64,000 nucleotides of DNA from a virus (IMGVR_UViG_3300037466_003234), one strand, 5' to 3'; shown: positions 52,732-62,348, counted from the first letter of the stretch. Notes: generated from the letters alone by a model not told the origin. Program-made: numbers and translations.

Positions 52732-53633
52732 TTGGTGAATTCAGTAATATTTTCGTTCTCAAGCGTCTTGCGATACTGGAGCCATCCACGGAAGTTACCG
52801 GAACGCTCCTCAGCATCCTCTTCACCCATTGCCATAGCCTGGTGCTCGGCTGGAGAGGCGTGAATAGGGACTTGACCTAGTAAACGATCGTAAAGCTGGA
52901 AATCCTGCTCTGGCGTGGTTTCGGTACCGTCATGATTCTTATAAGACACGCGAGCGCACTTAGCGACTGAGCGTCTGATGAGGTCGTTGTCATATTTCCA
53001 GCCGTAATTAATGTTCATCTCGAAGCTTCCATCTTCATGCTGAATACGATCAACTACTTCATGGTATTGCTCAGACTGAAGAGATTCATTAATGAATGGT
53101 AGATGCCATTCGCCTTCCTTAAGCTCCCTTGGCTTATTAAGGAAGTATTGACCATACATCTGGTCAGCCAAAGCTTGGATCTCAGGCTGCGCAGCTGGAT
53201 GACAGCGAAGGGCGAAGAAGTTATTATAATCGGTAGCCGTACAGACCACTGTAATGTGCGCCCAAGGCTCTAGGATGCGATTTGCGTACTGCTTATGGAC
53301 TTCTAGGTCAGCCAAGGCTTGAGCCTGTTCTACGGCAGAATCGCGAGCTTTAAGCCACGCAGCTACAGCGGCAGCTTCCTGTTCCCCGGAAAGCGCTTCG
53401 CCTCCCTGCATGCCCTTTTGGTTCTTGGTAAAAGCTAAAGGTATGACTGGATTGTCGATCACTTCCTGAATCTGGCGCTTCACAGGAATAGCGCGAGAGG
53501 AGGAGGCGTTACGCGAGAACACGCGATGGGTCATGAACTCAGCGTGAATGAAACGAGGATAGGTAAGAACGAACGTGGTCAAACGAACGCCGTTAGGTGC
53601 AACTGAATCACAAATGATTTGAGCTTTGATCAT
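52728..53633 (-). CDS. thyX: FAD-dependent thymidylate synthase
   Basis: HAEFMTHRVFSRNASSSRAIP, NFFALR..AQPEIQALA, CARVSY and HASPAEH. Confidence 0.9.
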   Translation of the reverse strand: MIKAQIICDSVAPNGVRLTTFVLTYPRFIHAEFMTHRVFSRNASSSRAIPVKRQIQEVIDNPVIPLAFTKNQKGMQGGEALSGEQEAAAVAAWLKARDSAVEQAQALADLEVHKQYANRILEPWAHITVVCTATDYNNFFALRCHPAAQPEIQALADQMYGQYFLNKPRELKEGEWHLPFINESLQSEQYHEVVDRIQHEDGSFEMNINYGWKYDNDLIRRSVAKCARVSYKNHDGTETTPEQDFQLYDRLLGQVPIHASPAEHQAMAMGEEDAEERSGNFRGWLQYRKTLENENITEFTK

Positions 53634-53642
53634 GTTAATTCC

Positions 53643-54128
53643 TTACTTAAGGCCCCATTTTGAGGCGAGAGGTTTTCTGGTAGCTTTAGGAATGGACTTG
53701 TTCTCAAGATAGGCCTTGCCGTCCAAATGATCGATCTCGTGCTGGACGCAAACGGCATAAATACCCTGGAATACTCTGGACTGAGACTTTCCTTCTTCAT
53801 CTTCGTAATTAACCTGTACCCATTGAGCGCGGTCAGGAACGATAACGTAGTCGCCAGGAGCGGAAAGACAGCCTTCTCTCATGTTTGCTGGAGCGCTAGA
53901 TGACGAAGTAATCACTGGGTTAACGAAATTGAAACGCTTTCCGTCAGGGCCTTCCATGACGAACATGCGCTGACTCAGACCTACCTGATTGGCAGCTAGG
54001 CCCATACCGTGATGCTCGCTCATGGTATCCCACATAGCGTCGAGTAAGGTTTTAAGCTCTTCGCCAAAGACGGTGACCTCCTCGGTCTTCTCAAGCAAAT
54101 GTGGATGTGGGAACTTAAGGATTTCCAT
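53643..54128 (-). CDS. def: Peptide deformylase
   Basis: GMGLAANQVG, EGCLS and QHEIDHLDG. Confidence 0.95.
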   Translation of the reverse strand: MEILKFPHPHLLEKTEEVTVFGEELKTLLDAMWDTMSEHHGMGLAANQVGLSQRMFVMEGPDGKRFNFVNPVITSSSSAPANMREGCLSAPGDYVIVPDRAQWVQVNYEDEEGKSQSRVFQGIYAVCVQHEIDHLDGKAYLENKSIPKATRKPLASKWGLK

Positions 54129-54279
54129 CGATCATTTCTTCCGTGGTCTTAAAATGGATGCCGATTGATTCTGTAGATTCAACGACGGTCTTATAGGCTT
54201 TGTACCCCATAATAGCGAGCACTCCTACCCACACAGATGCGTAAAACAAGTCTGCAACAACGTTTCTTTCCCTAGCCAT
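54115..54279 (-). CDS. Small single-TM protein
   Basis: GGAG RBS; one hydrophobic helix. Confidence 0.55.
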   Translation of the reverse strand: MARERNVVADLFYASVWVGVLAIMGYKAYKTVVESTESIGIHFKTTEEMIDGNP

Positions 54280-54280
54280 A

Positions 54281-54622
54281 TCAAAATCTCCAGTTGAACT
54301 GGATATTGTACGAACTGCGCGTAACTTCATTTGTAATCCTGTCACAAACGCCAAAGTTCGGTAGGTTAAAATTTAGCCTCTTATCCTTGGCAGTCTTATA
54401 TGCAAACCCAGCCATTCCTAAGGCCGAGTATTCCTCTGTAGTTAATATCATTCTTGCTTTTTGATCTAAAAGCCTAACGCTATTATCTTCAGCTTTATCA
54501 ACCTGGGTTCTAAGCCCAATCTGGCGGGTTCCCGCATCCAATGCCTTATTGCAGGCATCGTTATAGTTGCCCTGAGTGCTTACGCAGATAGCAACGATTG
54601 CGGAACTAACCAGCCCAGCCAT
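54281..54622 (-). CDS. Hypothetical, possibly exported protein
   Basis: GGAG RBS before ATG 54622; hydrophobic N-terminus. Confidence 0.55.
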   Translation of the reverse strand: MAGLVSSAIVAICVSTQGNYNDACNKALDAGTRQIGLRTQVDKAEDNSVRLLDQKARMILTTEEYSALGMAGFAYKTAKDKRLNFNLPNFGVCDRITNEVTRSSYNIQFNWRF

Positions 54623-54624
54623 AA

Positions 54625-54831
54625 TTAATCTCCGTGAGTTTCGCTCCAATAGGCAGCGTCAAGCTCTTCATCGACGACTTTATTTTGCATTTCGGAATCC
54701 ATGATCTTATCCAGGGTTTCCCAGTAATGAGACTTGTTTTCCGATTCGGTGTTAATTAACTCTCCAAGGTTCCTCAGAGCCTCTTTCGATGTTAATTTAC
54801 CCTTCTGCCAATCCAAACACACGATGCACAT
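54625..54831 (-). CDS. Hypothetical 68-aa protein (MCIVC start)
   Basis: TAATG coupling. Confidence 0.65.
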   Translation of the reverse strand: MCIVCLDWQKGKLTSKEALRNLGELINTESENKSHYWETLDKIMDSEMQNKVVDEELDAAYWSETHGD

Positions 54832-55079
54832 TAATCCATACTCCCATTGGTCCAGTAAAACGGATCTAACGGTTGATCGTCACTAGACGCTTTCTTTTCT
54901 TTCTTCTCTGGAAAAGGAGGGCAGCCTTGATAATAATCAATCTTAGTTTGTGTTAAATCCTTAAATTTAAGGTTTGAGTCCTTACACTTCTTGCAGCGTC
55001 TACCATGAAGCGAATATTGGTTATAAACGTCATCTTGCTCTTTATGGCCACAATAAGTGCATTCGATCTCTACTTGCAT
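54831..55079 (-). CDS. Zn-ribbon protein
   Basis: CTYCG...CKKC. Confidence 0.7.
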   Translation of the reverse strand: MQVEIECTYCGHKEQDDVYNQYSLHGRRCKKCKDSNLKFKDLTQTKIDYYQGCPPFPEKKEKKASSDDQPLDPFYWTNGSMD

Positions 55080-55405
55080 TATTTCTTATCCAGTAAAATT
55101 TGCAGTGTTTGTCCAACCTTTTCAAGGAGTTGGTTAACAAGCAGTGCGTAAAGTTCATCTTCCATCATATGCTGCGGCATGTAATTAAGAAAATAACCCG
55201 GACAGACTGCTTCTGCAAGCTTTAAAAGACGCTCTCCGTCTTCTTCACATTCAAGGTCATACCAATCATGGGCGCAGCAAACGTAAGCCTGCGCGATCCT
55301 GTCTAAAGGATAGACAGCCATGTTGGCAGTGTAATGAGCTTCCATTTCCTGAAGCTCTTCCATCCACTGCCTATGTTCTTCGGGAATATCTCCGTGATAG
55401 TTCAT
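55079..55405 (-). CDS. Hypothetical 108-aa protein
   Basis: AAGGAATTAAC RBS; TAATG coupling. Confidence 0.65.
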   Translation of the reverse strand: MNYHGDIPEEHRQWMEELQEMEAHYTANMAVYPLDRIAQAYVCCAHDWYDLECEEDGERLLKLAEAVCPGYFLNYMPQHMMEDELYALLVNQLLEKVGQTLQILLDKK

Positions 55406-55414
55406 GTTAATTCC

Positions 55415-56578
55415 TTAGTGGAAATCGGTATTTGACTTATCGTCCAAGTAGTCTTCCGATACCCACTTGAGCGCTTTCTTATTCCCCTCATTGCTATAAT
55501 TATCACAAGCCTTGATCACGATTCCTTCGCGAACCTTTTGCGTAGGGCAATAAACGCTATTTCCCTTAGTTAAGGAATAAGCGTGTTCCTTATTGTAAGG
55601 ACCGCGATAGAGAACCGTTACGTACTCAAAACCACGCTCTTTGGCGAAAGCTTCGACTTCATCTGGCTTCAGCCAGGTTTGCTTGCCAGTGGAAGGATCG
55701 AAAACCTTCACGTCAAACAATACGAAGCGATGCTCCTTAAGGCCATATTCGTAGTTCTTTTGGATGCCTGGGCCAATGATCTCGCCATAGACGGTCTCAT
55801 TTTCCTTAAGCTTGCTAAATACGTCCATGGTCTTAAAAGTGAGACCATAGATATCTTCGCCATAAAAGCCGTTGTAGGCCGACTTGGAGGAGATATCGAC
55901 ATTGTTAGATCCGTAGACGTTCTCGTAGCCGCCCGCAAATCCTAAGAACTTCTTAATCTTCTTCCACAACGTGTTCGTTTGATAAGGAAGCTTTCCAGCA
56001 CGAGCGTTGGTACCATGGAGCTTCTCTTGGATGCAAACCTGCTCACCTTCTTGGAAAAGGTCAGGGAACCACTTAATGTTGTCGAGACCGTTGTACTTGT
56101 GGAACAATGGGTGCTCGGTCTTCTTATTGCGCTGCTTATCCTTGCCAATGGTTTGGGCAAACTTTGGCGCAGGTGGCTCGTACTTAACGATGTTAAGATG
56201 CTCTGCCAAGTCCGTCTCAAGGGTTGCGTACTCAAGATCAATTAACGACGTGAGATCTGCAGGGTTTGCGATCATGCCTTGGGAGGCAAGGCCGCGAATA
56301 CGGATCTGGCGAACACGCGACTTATTGAGCTTGATCTTAGGTGGAACCATGACGCCGTCTTCATTCTTCACCATTGGGAAGAGCAGAGCTTCCACTTCTG
56401 GAGGCAATACGGAGTCGATAGGGATATAAACTACGCAATCGCCGACTTGATAGCGGCCCTTTGGAACCACGACCTGGAAGCCGTAAACCCAAGCTACTTC
56501 TAGGCGCTCAGCGTTATTGTGCGGCGTAATGTTAACGATGCGAGTATATGGAACTTTGTAAGTTGAACCTTCAGACAT
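55415..56578 (-). CDS. ATP-dependent RNA ligase, Rnl2/DRB0094-like with N-terminal OB (tRNA-binding-like) domain
   Basis: EKLHGTN (motif I), YGEIIG, FVLFDV, VREGIVIK and K..S..YL; N-terminal HNNAERLE..GFQVVV...SQGM. Confidence 0.9.
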   Translation of the reverse strand: MSEGSTYKVPYTRIVNITPHNNAERLEVAWVYGFQVVVPKGRYQVGDCVVYIPIDSVLPPEVEALLFPMVKNEDGVMVPPKIKLNKSRVRQIRIRGLASQGMIANPADLTSLIDLEYATLETDLAEHLNIVKYEPPAPKFAQTIGKDKQRNKKTEHPLFHKYNGLDNIKWFPDLFQEGEQVCIQEKLHGTNARAGKLPYQTNTLWKKIKKFLGFAGGYENVYGSNNVDISSKSAYNGFYGEDIYGLTFKTMDVFSKLKENETVYGEIIGPGIQKNYEYGLKEHRFVLFDVKVFDPSTGKQTWLKPDEVEAFAKERGFEYVTVLYRGPYNKEHAYSLTKGNSVYCPTQKVREGIVIKACDNYSNEGNKKALKWVSEDYLDDKSNTDFH

Positions 56579-56588
56579 GGAAATCTCC

Positions 56589-56744
56589 TTAAAAGATCAC
56601 TTGAAAAATCAATTCACTGTTAATTCTTACGACATTGATCATCACAGATTCTTCTGTGCCTTCACATTCAACTCTGTCTTTCACAGTCTCGTCTTCTTCG
56701 ACCTTAGACATCAAAGTACGAAGTTCTTTTAAAGTTATATGCAT
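56589..56744 (-). CDS. Hypothetical 51-aa protein
   Basis: TAATG coupling with the PNKP gene. Confidence 0.45.
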   Translation of the reverse strand: MHITLKELRTLMSKVEEDETVKDRVECEGTEESVMINVVRINSELIFQVIF

Positions 56745-57628
56745 TAGAAATCTCCTTCTGCGCAGGCAAAGCAGGTGAATCCACGGCGGCGCCATAGATC
56801 GACCACTTGTTTTCTGTCATCAATAAAGAACAAAGGCTTAAAGCGAGTCAGGATCTCGAAATCAAGGATGATCTCCTTGGCAACGAAGTCTTGGCGATGG
56901 TCTCCACGGCAACGCATATAGAGATGGTTCGTAGGAAACTCATAGCGCTCAAGCCATTCACGTGTGCCTCGCTGATAGTCATCTGGGCGACCAGAAGCGA
57001 AGACGATTGGAAAGACTCCAGAGAATCGATCGATCAACACAGCTACAGGAACGTTTGGGGTATCTTCCGAAAGGTTAACGAAAAACGACTTCCAATCCTT
57101 CTTTTCGCCGGCAGGCTTGCGAACATGGTGAAGGCGGTGCTCGATATTGCAGAGCGTGCCGTCCAGATCACAAATGACAGCCAGTTCCTTAACACCTTCT
57201 GGGTAGACGAAGTTAATACGATCGGCTTCATCTGGCTCTGGGCGCTCATACTTACTGAAAAAGGTGTTCAAAGCCTGGTTAGCTGCGGACTTATCCTTAA
57301 TCGTTGGATGGTTTTCACGAGCCACCGCACGCTCAAAGCAGACCTTGCGAGGCTGATGGAGAACGGTAATAACGACTTCGTATCCTTTTGTTCTAGCAGC
57401 TTCGATGAAGAACTTGCGCTGATCCTTGCTGAAGTTCATGCGGTCCACGACCACAGGCTGACCTTGAGCTAGGGCATTTAGAAAGATACCTCTATGTTCC
57501 TTACCTTGAGTGTCTTGGTTGATGTAAACCGTATTTGCACCGTGGTCGCCATCTTCATGGATTAGCTTGTGGGCAAGGGTAGATTTACCAGAGCCAGGAG
57601 GACCAACTAAAATGTGAAGTAAACTCAT
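56744..57628 (-). CDS. pseT: Polynucleotide 5'-kinase/3'-phosphatase (T4 PseT-like)
   Basis: GPPGSGKST P-loop, VVVDRMN and RAVAR lid; HAD ICDLDGTL, SGRP, MRCRGD.R.D..K and FIDDR.QVV.LWR. Confidence 0.9.
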   Translation of the reverse strand: MSLLHILVGPPGSGKSTLAHKLIHEDGDHGANTVYINQDTQGKEHRGIFLNALAQGQPVVVDRMNFSKDQRKFFIEAARTKGYEVVITVLHQPRKVCFERAVARENHPTIKDKSAANQALNTFFSKYERPEPDEADRINFVYPEGVKELAVICDLDGTLCNIEHRLHHVRKPAGEKKDWKSFFVNLSEDTPNVPVAVLIDRFSGVFPIVFASGRPDDYQRGTREWLERYEFPTNHLYMRCRGDHRQDFVAKEIILDFEILTRFKPLFFIDDRKQVVDLWRRRGFTCFACAEGDF

Positions 57629-57634
57629 AATACG

Positions 57635-57663
57635 AAGATAACGAAAATAAGGAATTAGGTCAA
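57635..57663 (-). promoter_or_regulatory. Leaderless sigma70 promoter of PNKP
   Basis: TTGACC-17-TATCTT-6-ATG(57628); the spacer carries AAATAAGGAATTAGG on the opposite strand. Confidence 0.75.
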
Positions 57664-57670
57664 CACTATT

Positions 57671-58702
57671 TTAGACAATATAGAGCCAAGCCATGTCCAT
57701 AACGATATCTTTATAGATTTCACACACAAAATCGTCAGCCCAAGCGCGATTAGGCTCTTCTCTAAGTGTTGATTTTTCCTGAGCAATATAAAGCTCCTGA
57801 AGACCTTGCTCAATCATTTCAAAGACTTGTTCGGGAGGAAGCTGTCCAGTCTTGATTTGTAGCAAAAGTTCCCTATCTGGTCTTGGGAATGTGATTTGCC
57901 CAGTCTCAAGAAGTTCTTTAGCCTCGTTATTCACTCTGACAGCATGGGAAAGGGCTTTCCAATCCACTCCGCCTGCCAAATGGGCCTTGTGGGCGCGTTG
58001 TCCGTATCCGTCTAGCATTTTACCCACAATCTCACGAGCATACTTAACGGTAGCGTGAAATGGGATATTGCGTCCGTTAACGCTCAAATGCGGGGCGTCC
58101 ATCTCTCCTTTTGGACCCTTAAGCATGACGATCTCAACTAAAGGAGTTTTCTCAAGAGAAATTAGCTCGGAACACTCTTTTACCAAATCTTCTATGCCTT
58201 GAGCGTGGTGAAGCAACTTTGTTTGAGGATGAATAACATAAAAAATATCAAGCTTATGTGCCACTCGCTTCAGGGCGTCCATTCTAGAGCCCTTAATGCC
58301 ATACTTAGCAGCTTGCTGGCGGGCGTACCCAACGAACGCATTGACGTTCTTATTCAAAAGTTCAAACCTATTCTCGTAAATGCGATCCATGATCCACATA
58401 AGGCATGGATCTTGGAAAGTGTACATGTCACGAGGGGCGAAAAGAACGTCTAAAGCCACCGTCTGGCCTTCCACCAATAGATCCAGATAACGATCGAGAC
58501 TGAAGAACTCCATATCTACGTCGTCTTTATTGTTTCTTTCACACTCTCTCTTAGGCCTAGAGGTAGCAATTGTTCCCTTATAAGTATGGAGAATGATTTC
58601 ACGATCCGTAGGCAAATAGATGCCCTTCAGATCCAGGTCTGAATTGGGCGTATCGGTGCCGTAAAGGTGCGATCCAAACTTAAGCTCGAATATTTTTCGC
58701 AT
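57671..58702 (-). CDS. Predicted nucleotidyltransferase (Pol beta superfamily, T4 NrdC.11/YcgL-like)
   Basis: FGSHLYGTDTPNSDLDLKGIY (GS-x-D-x-D), GQTVALD and DWKALSHAVR. Confidence 0.8.
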   Translation of the reverse strand: MRKIFELKFGSHLYGTDTPNSDLDLKGIYLPTDREIILHTYKGTIATSRPKRECERNNKDDVDMEFFSLDRYLDLLVEGQTVALDVLFAPRDMYTFQDPCLMWIMDRIYENRFELLNKNVNAFVGYARQQAAKYGIKGSRMDALKRVAHKLDIFYVIHPQTKLLHHAQGIEDLVKECSELISLEKTPLVEIVMLKGPKGEMDAPHLSVNGRNIPFHATVKYAREIVGKMLDGYGQRAHKAHLAGGVDWKALSHAVRVNNEAKELLETGQITFPRPDRELLLQIKTGQLPPEQVFEMIEQGLQELYIAQEKSTLREEPNRAWADDFVCEIYKDIVMDMAWLYIV

Positions 58703-58925
58703 GTCGTATCTCCACCTTAATGCTAGGGTCAAAATTAAAAATACTACCAGCGATTCCGGTTACAACGCATTCTATCCAATTGTCGCCGTTTTCTTGATCA
58801 GGATACTTATCGTAAAACTCATCAATAAAATTAGTGACATCCTTAAGTTTCCTAAAGGTTCTGATCTTTGCAGAACAATCCTCGACATAGTGAACCATGT
58901 GGAACTTCTTAGATTTCTTTTTCAT
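58680..58925 (-). CDS. Hypothetical 81-aa protein
   Basis: ATGA coupling to the upstream HAD gene. Confidence 0.55.
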   Translation of the reverse strand: MKKKSKKFHMVHYVEDCSAKIRTFRKLKDVTNFIDEFYDKYPDQENGDNWIECVVTGIAGSIFNFDPSIKVEIRHAKNIRA

Positions 58926-59446
58926 AAAGGCAAGTCCGCTCCACTTCCTTGACCGCCCAAGATATCGATCGCCTTAAGACATGCGTCTAAGGTAAGTCCA
59001 GTAGCCCAAGACGTGGCTACGACCTTGCCGGCCTGCTCATAACCATTTCCGATAAAGTTATCGTCCAAGATAACGAATTCAGTCACTTCTGGATGATCTT
59101 CTAACCACTCGTTAATTTCGAATCCACGCTCTCTATTGAAAGAGCTTGGAGTTTTATCGATCACGCGAGAAGAATCGATTCCGTAACTTGCCAAATGCGA
59201 CTTCAGCCATTCTAGGTCGTAAAGATTTCTCCAAGTGCTTGAAATAACGATCTTAACGTCGTCTTCGCACTTATCCAAAATATATTGGAAGTTGGATGTG
59301 CAGACGTGGCAAAGAGTGTTGTTTACACGGAACTCTCTTCCAGCCTCAGGATCGGTCTCCATAAGCTTCTTTTTCTTTCTACTCTCCATAATAAAGGAGG
59401 CAGAAGAGTTTAGAACACCATCAAAATCTAGAAAAATAACTTTCAT
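58922..59446 (-). CDS. HAD-superfamily protein (RNA-repair-associated 'Swiss Army Knife'-like HAD)
   Basis: IFLDFDGVLN, IVISSTWR, RGFEINEWL and FVILDD. Confidence 0.8.
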   Translation of the reverse strand: MKVIFLDFDGVLNSSASFIMESRKKKKLMETDPEAGREFRVNNTLCHVCTSNFQYILDKCEDDVKIVISSTWRNLYDLEWLKSHLASYGIDSSRVIDKTPSSFNRERGFEINEWLEDHPEVTEFVILDDNFIGNGYEQAGKVVATSWATGLTLDACLKAIDILGGQGSGADLPL

Positions 59447-59910
59447 TTTGCGGCCTCTGCTTTAAAGAATTCAACTATATCGCACCAAATACTGCGATGA
59501 TACTTACTGTACTTGAAATGAATGAACTTGCCGCCATTCGCCTCAAACTTGGCTTTCCACTTAACGTCGTTATCATCGATAAGATAACCGCCAACAAACA
59601 AGCCCTTATCTTGGGTCATATGGATCTTCTTGATAAGCTCAGGGAAATGAAGACCAATCCACTGAACCTTCTCCTGGTAGGAGTGAGCGCTTTCTGCCAA
59701 TGGCTGAGTTAGGATGTGAACATCGTATCCGAGCCTAATCAGGGCTCTCACTCCAGTCAAAGCTCCCTCGATAGGCTTAAGGGATAGAAAGAAACCTGGC
59801 TCGTACATCGCATGAACGCTGAACTCATTAGTCTTCTCGCCATTAAATACCGGATGTCCGGTAAAATCAGCGATTGTATCGTCCATATCTACGTAAATGA
59901 TCTTATTCAT
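59443..59910 (-). CDS. 5'(3')-deoxyribonucleotidase (NT5C-like HAD)
   Basis: IYVDMDDTIADF, PIEGA, ILT.P, EKVQWI..HF, DK.L..G.YLIDD. Confidence 0.85.
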   Translation of the reverse strand: MNKIIYVDMDDTIADFTGHPVFNGEKTNEFSVHAMYEPGFFLSLKPIEGALTGVRALIRLGYDVHILTQPLAESAHSYQEKVQWIGLHFPELIKKIHMTQDKGLFVGGYLIDDNDVKWKAKFEANGGKFIHFKYSKYHRSIWCDIVEFFKAEAAK

Positions 59911-59912
59911 AT

Positions 59913-60398
59913 TTACGTATTGTCGCTATTTTCATTATTTTTGTCAACTATCTTATCAATTTTCTGCATTCTACGATTTTTATGGAACTCTTCATAGTAA
60001 GATCTGTTGTCTCGATAATGCTTCTTCGAGTACTCTCTCATCCTTATAAGTCGAGTTTCTCTGTTTTTATGATAGCTTATACGATTTCTTTCATCTACCT
60101 TCTCTTTGTTGTTTTCGTAATACTCCTTTTTATACTCCCTCAATTTATCCTTATTATTTAAGCGATATTCCTTGGCTTTTTCCTTAAATCTTTCCTTGTT
60201 AGCTTCCTGATACTGCTTGATTCTTTCCTTGTTGGCTTGATAATATTCCTTGGCTTTTTCCTTAAGTCTTTCCTTGTTTTCTTCGCGATAGTTAGCCATG
60301 CAAGACTTACATTTAGTGCCATAGCCGTCTTTTTTAGTTCTATCTTTAGAAAAGAAAGAATAGTCTTTAGGAACATTGCAACAATAACAGGTTTTCAT
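59913..60398 (-). CDS. HNH-homing-endonuclease-type N-terminal region without a nuclease domain
   Basis: KTCYCC..K..FSKDRTKKDG...CKSC followed by YxxxNKE helical repeats; no HNH motif before the stop. Confidence 0.6.
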   Translation of the reverse strand: MKTCYCCNVPKDYSFFSKDRTKKDGYGTKCKSCMANYREENKERLKEKAKEYYQANKERIKQYQEANKERFKEKAKEYRLNNKDKLREYKKEYYENNKEKVDERNRISYHKNRETRLIRMREYSKKHYRDNRSYYEEFHKNRRMQKIDKIVDKNNENSDNT

Positions 60399-60404
60399 AG
60401 GTTT

Positions 60405-60433
60405 ATTTTCCCTAAATCGTTATTTTTAGTCAA
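60405..60433 (-). promoter_or_regulatory. Leaderless sigma70 promoter
   Basis: TTGACT-17-GAAAAT-6-ATG(60398). Confidence 0.6.
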
Positions 60434-60438
60434 GCAAA

Positions 60439-62133
60439 TTAAGCTTCGCAGGCAGCGCACTCTTCCTTGGATCTTGAAGCCAGGTCTCCGCGAAGAACGC
60501 CTTCGGTCCTTAGGTAGTACAAGGACTTAAGACCTTCCTGCCATGCCGCGACGTGGACCTCGTGGATGTATTTAGGACTCGCGTTACTTGCGAAGAACAA
60601 ATTAACGCTCTGACCCTGATCAATGAACTTAACGCGCTGTGCGGCTTGCTTAACAATAGCGTGTTGATTAATTTCACGAGCGGTTAGGAATACTGCCTTC
60701 TGCTCATCCGTCAGAAACTTCAAATGCTGGACAGATCCAGACTGCTCGTTAATTGACTTCCATACTTCTGGAGTATTCTTACCAAGGCTTTCGAGAAGCT
60801 GCTCAAGAACAGCATTTTTACGAATAAATGTTCCCTTAGCAGATTTCTGACTAAAGATATTGGCCGCAATAGGCTCAATACCTGCGCTATGTCCGCCAGA
60901 GATAGTGGAGTTCGACACTGTAGGCGCTACAGCTACCAAGTGGGTATTGCGGCGATTGAAACCCTTGCACCACTCAGGCTCGCCCTTCTCTTTAGCAAGA
61001 ACGGCGGTTTCCTTCTCAGCATTGTTCTTAATAGTTCTAAAGATATTTGCATTAAACATCATGGCTTCAAAACTATCAAACGGAATCATTTTCTTCTGAA
61101 GGAAAGTATGCCAGCCAAGGACTCCTATGCCGATCGCACGACCCTTGATAGCTGAGCGACGAGAGGATTCTAGTCCAGGCATACCTTCGGACTTAACGAT
61201 GTACTCTTCGAGAACTGCATCCAAGAAACGAACGGAGACTTCGACCACGTCCGAATCCTTCCACTCTTCCCACTTAACGAGATTGAGCGATGATAGGCAG
61301 CAAACAAAGCTATGGTCCGGGTCCGTATGAAGGAAGATCTCGGTACAGATATTTGTAGTTTTAACCGACAGACCGTTCGCCTTGTAGCACTCTGGATTCA
61401 TCTTATTAACGTTATCGCTAAAGAACAGGTAGGGCTCACCAGTCTCCACGCGAGCCTTAAGGATCTCCTGCCAAAGAAGGCGCTTCTGCTGGTCACCTGC
61501 AAGCATGGATTGCATCCATTCGTCCGTGATGCAGACGCCATGGTTCAGGTTCAAGCAGCGACGATTCATGTCTCCAGTAGGACGACGGATGTTAATAAAC
61601 TCTTCGATATCCAAATGTGTGACCGGTAGAAATGCTGCCGAGGCACCGCGACGAGTAGATCCCTGACTCACCGATACTGTGGTAGAGTCGTAAACCTTAG
61701 TCCAAGGAATTACTCCTTCGGATTTTCCGTTCCCCCTGATAGGAGCACCACGACCTCGAACATCCCCCAGATAAATGCCCACGCCAGCGCCGTTCTTGGA
61801 AAGCATGGCAAGCTCGTGTGATTTTCTAAAAATTGAGTCAACGCTATCCCCAACGTGAATGCTATTGCAAGAGATAGGAAGACCACGGTCAGTGCCCATA
61901 TTACTAAGAATAGGAGAAGCAGGGCAAAGCCAGTTGTTCCACATGGCTTCGAAGAATTTTCCTGACCAGTATTCTGAGTCTTCATAGTATCTCCCTGCAG
62001 CGCCCGCGACCCTTACGTACATGTCGCGAGGCGTTTCTCCAGGCAGCATATAGCCGCCCTGAAGCGTTTTGTAACCTTCTTCGCCCATCCACTGCGGGGC
62101 CATATCGTTCGCTTTCAACTCATCTAATGTCAT
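60439..62133 (-). CDS. nrdA: Ribonucleotide reductase class I alpha subunit (short, no ATP cone)
   Basis: ISCN, TNICTEI, CCLSSLNL, APTVSNS, DQGQSVN, SLYYLR and C-terminal CAACEA. Confidence 0.95.
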   Translation of the reverse strand: MTLDELKANDMAPQWMGEEGYKTLQGGYMLPGETPRDMYVRVAGAAGRYYEDSEYWSGKFFEAMWNNWLCPASPILSNMGTDRGLPISCNSIHVGDSVDSIFRKSHELAMLSKNGAGVGIYLGDVRGRGAPIRGNGKSEGVIPWTKVYDSTTVSVSQGSTRRGASAAFLPVTHLDIEEFINIRRPTGDMNRRCLNLNHGVCITDEWMQSMLAGDQQKRLLWQEILKARVETGEPYLFFSDNVNKMNPECYKANGLSVKTTNICTEIFLHTDPDHSFVCCLSSLNLVKWEEWKDSDVVEVSVRFLDAVLEEYIVKSEGMPGLESSRRSAIKGRAIGIGVLGWHTFLQKKMIPFDSFEAMMFNANIFRTIKNNAEKETAVLAKEKGEPEWCKGFNRRNTHLVAVAPTVSNSTISGGHSAGIEPIAANIFSQKSAKGTFIRKNAVLEQLLESLGKNTPEVWKSINEQSGSVQHLKFLTDEQKAVFLTAREINQHAIVKQAAQRVKFIDQGQSVNLFFASNASPKYIHEVHVAAWQEGLKSLYYLRTEGVLRGDLASRSKEECAACEA

Positions 62134-62348
62134 TATTCTCTCCCGCAAAGATCGCATTCAGCGTCGTTGTCAGAATGATTATGAAAATTGGTTTCATACA
62201 ACTTGTCGTAGTTGTAAAAAGCTTCTTGCTTAGTTTTTCCAAATGCCGATCTTCTATTGTGAATAGCTAGAACGCTAAATACGCGATAGCCTCCATCTAC
62301 TGATTCGAACATAATCTCATCTACGATTCCAAAATCTCTAAAATCCAT
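62133..62348 (-). CDS. Hypothetical 71-aa protein between nrdB and nrdA
   Basis: TAATG coupling with nrdA; ends CDLCGRE. Confidence 0.55.
   Translation of the reverse strand: MDFRDFGIVDEIMFESVDGGYRVFSVLAIHNRRSAFGKTKQEAFYNYDKLYETNFHNHSDNDAECDLCGRE

Noticed and set aside
53631-53646. AAGGAATTAAC copies (also near 6455 and 55406) as members of the operator family
   Set aside because: They sit directly before start codons and are best explained as this phage's Shine-Dalgarno context.
56807-57472. 221-aa (+) ORF antisense to PNKP
   Set aside because: Fully overlaps a clearly conserved gene on the other strand and has no motif support.
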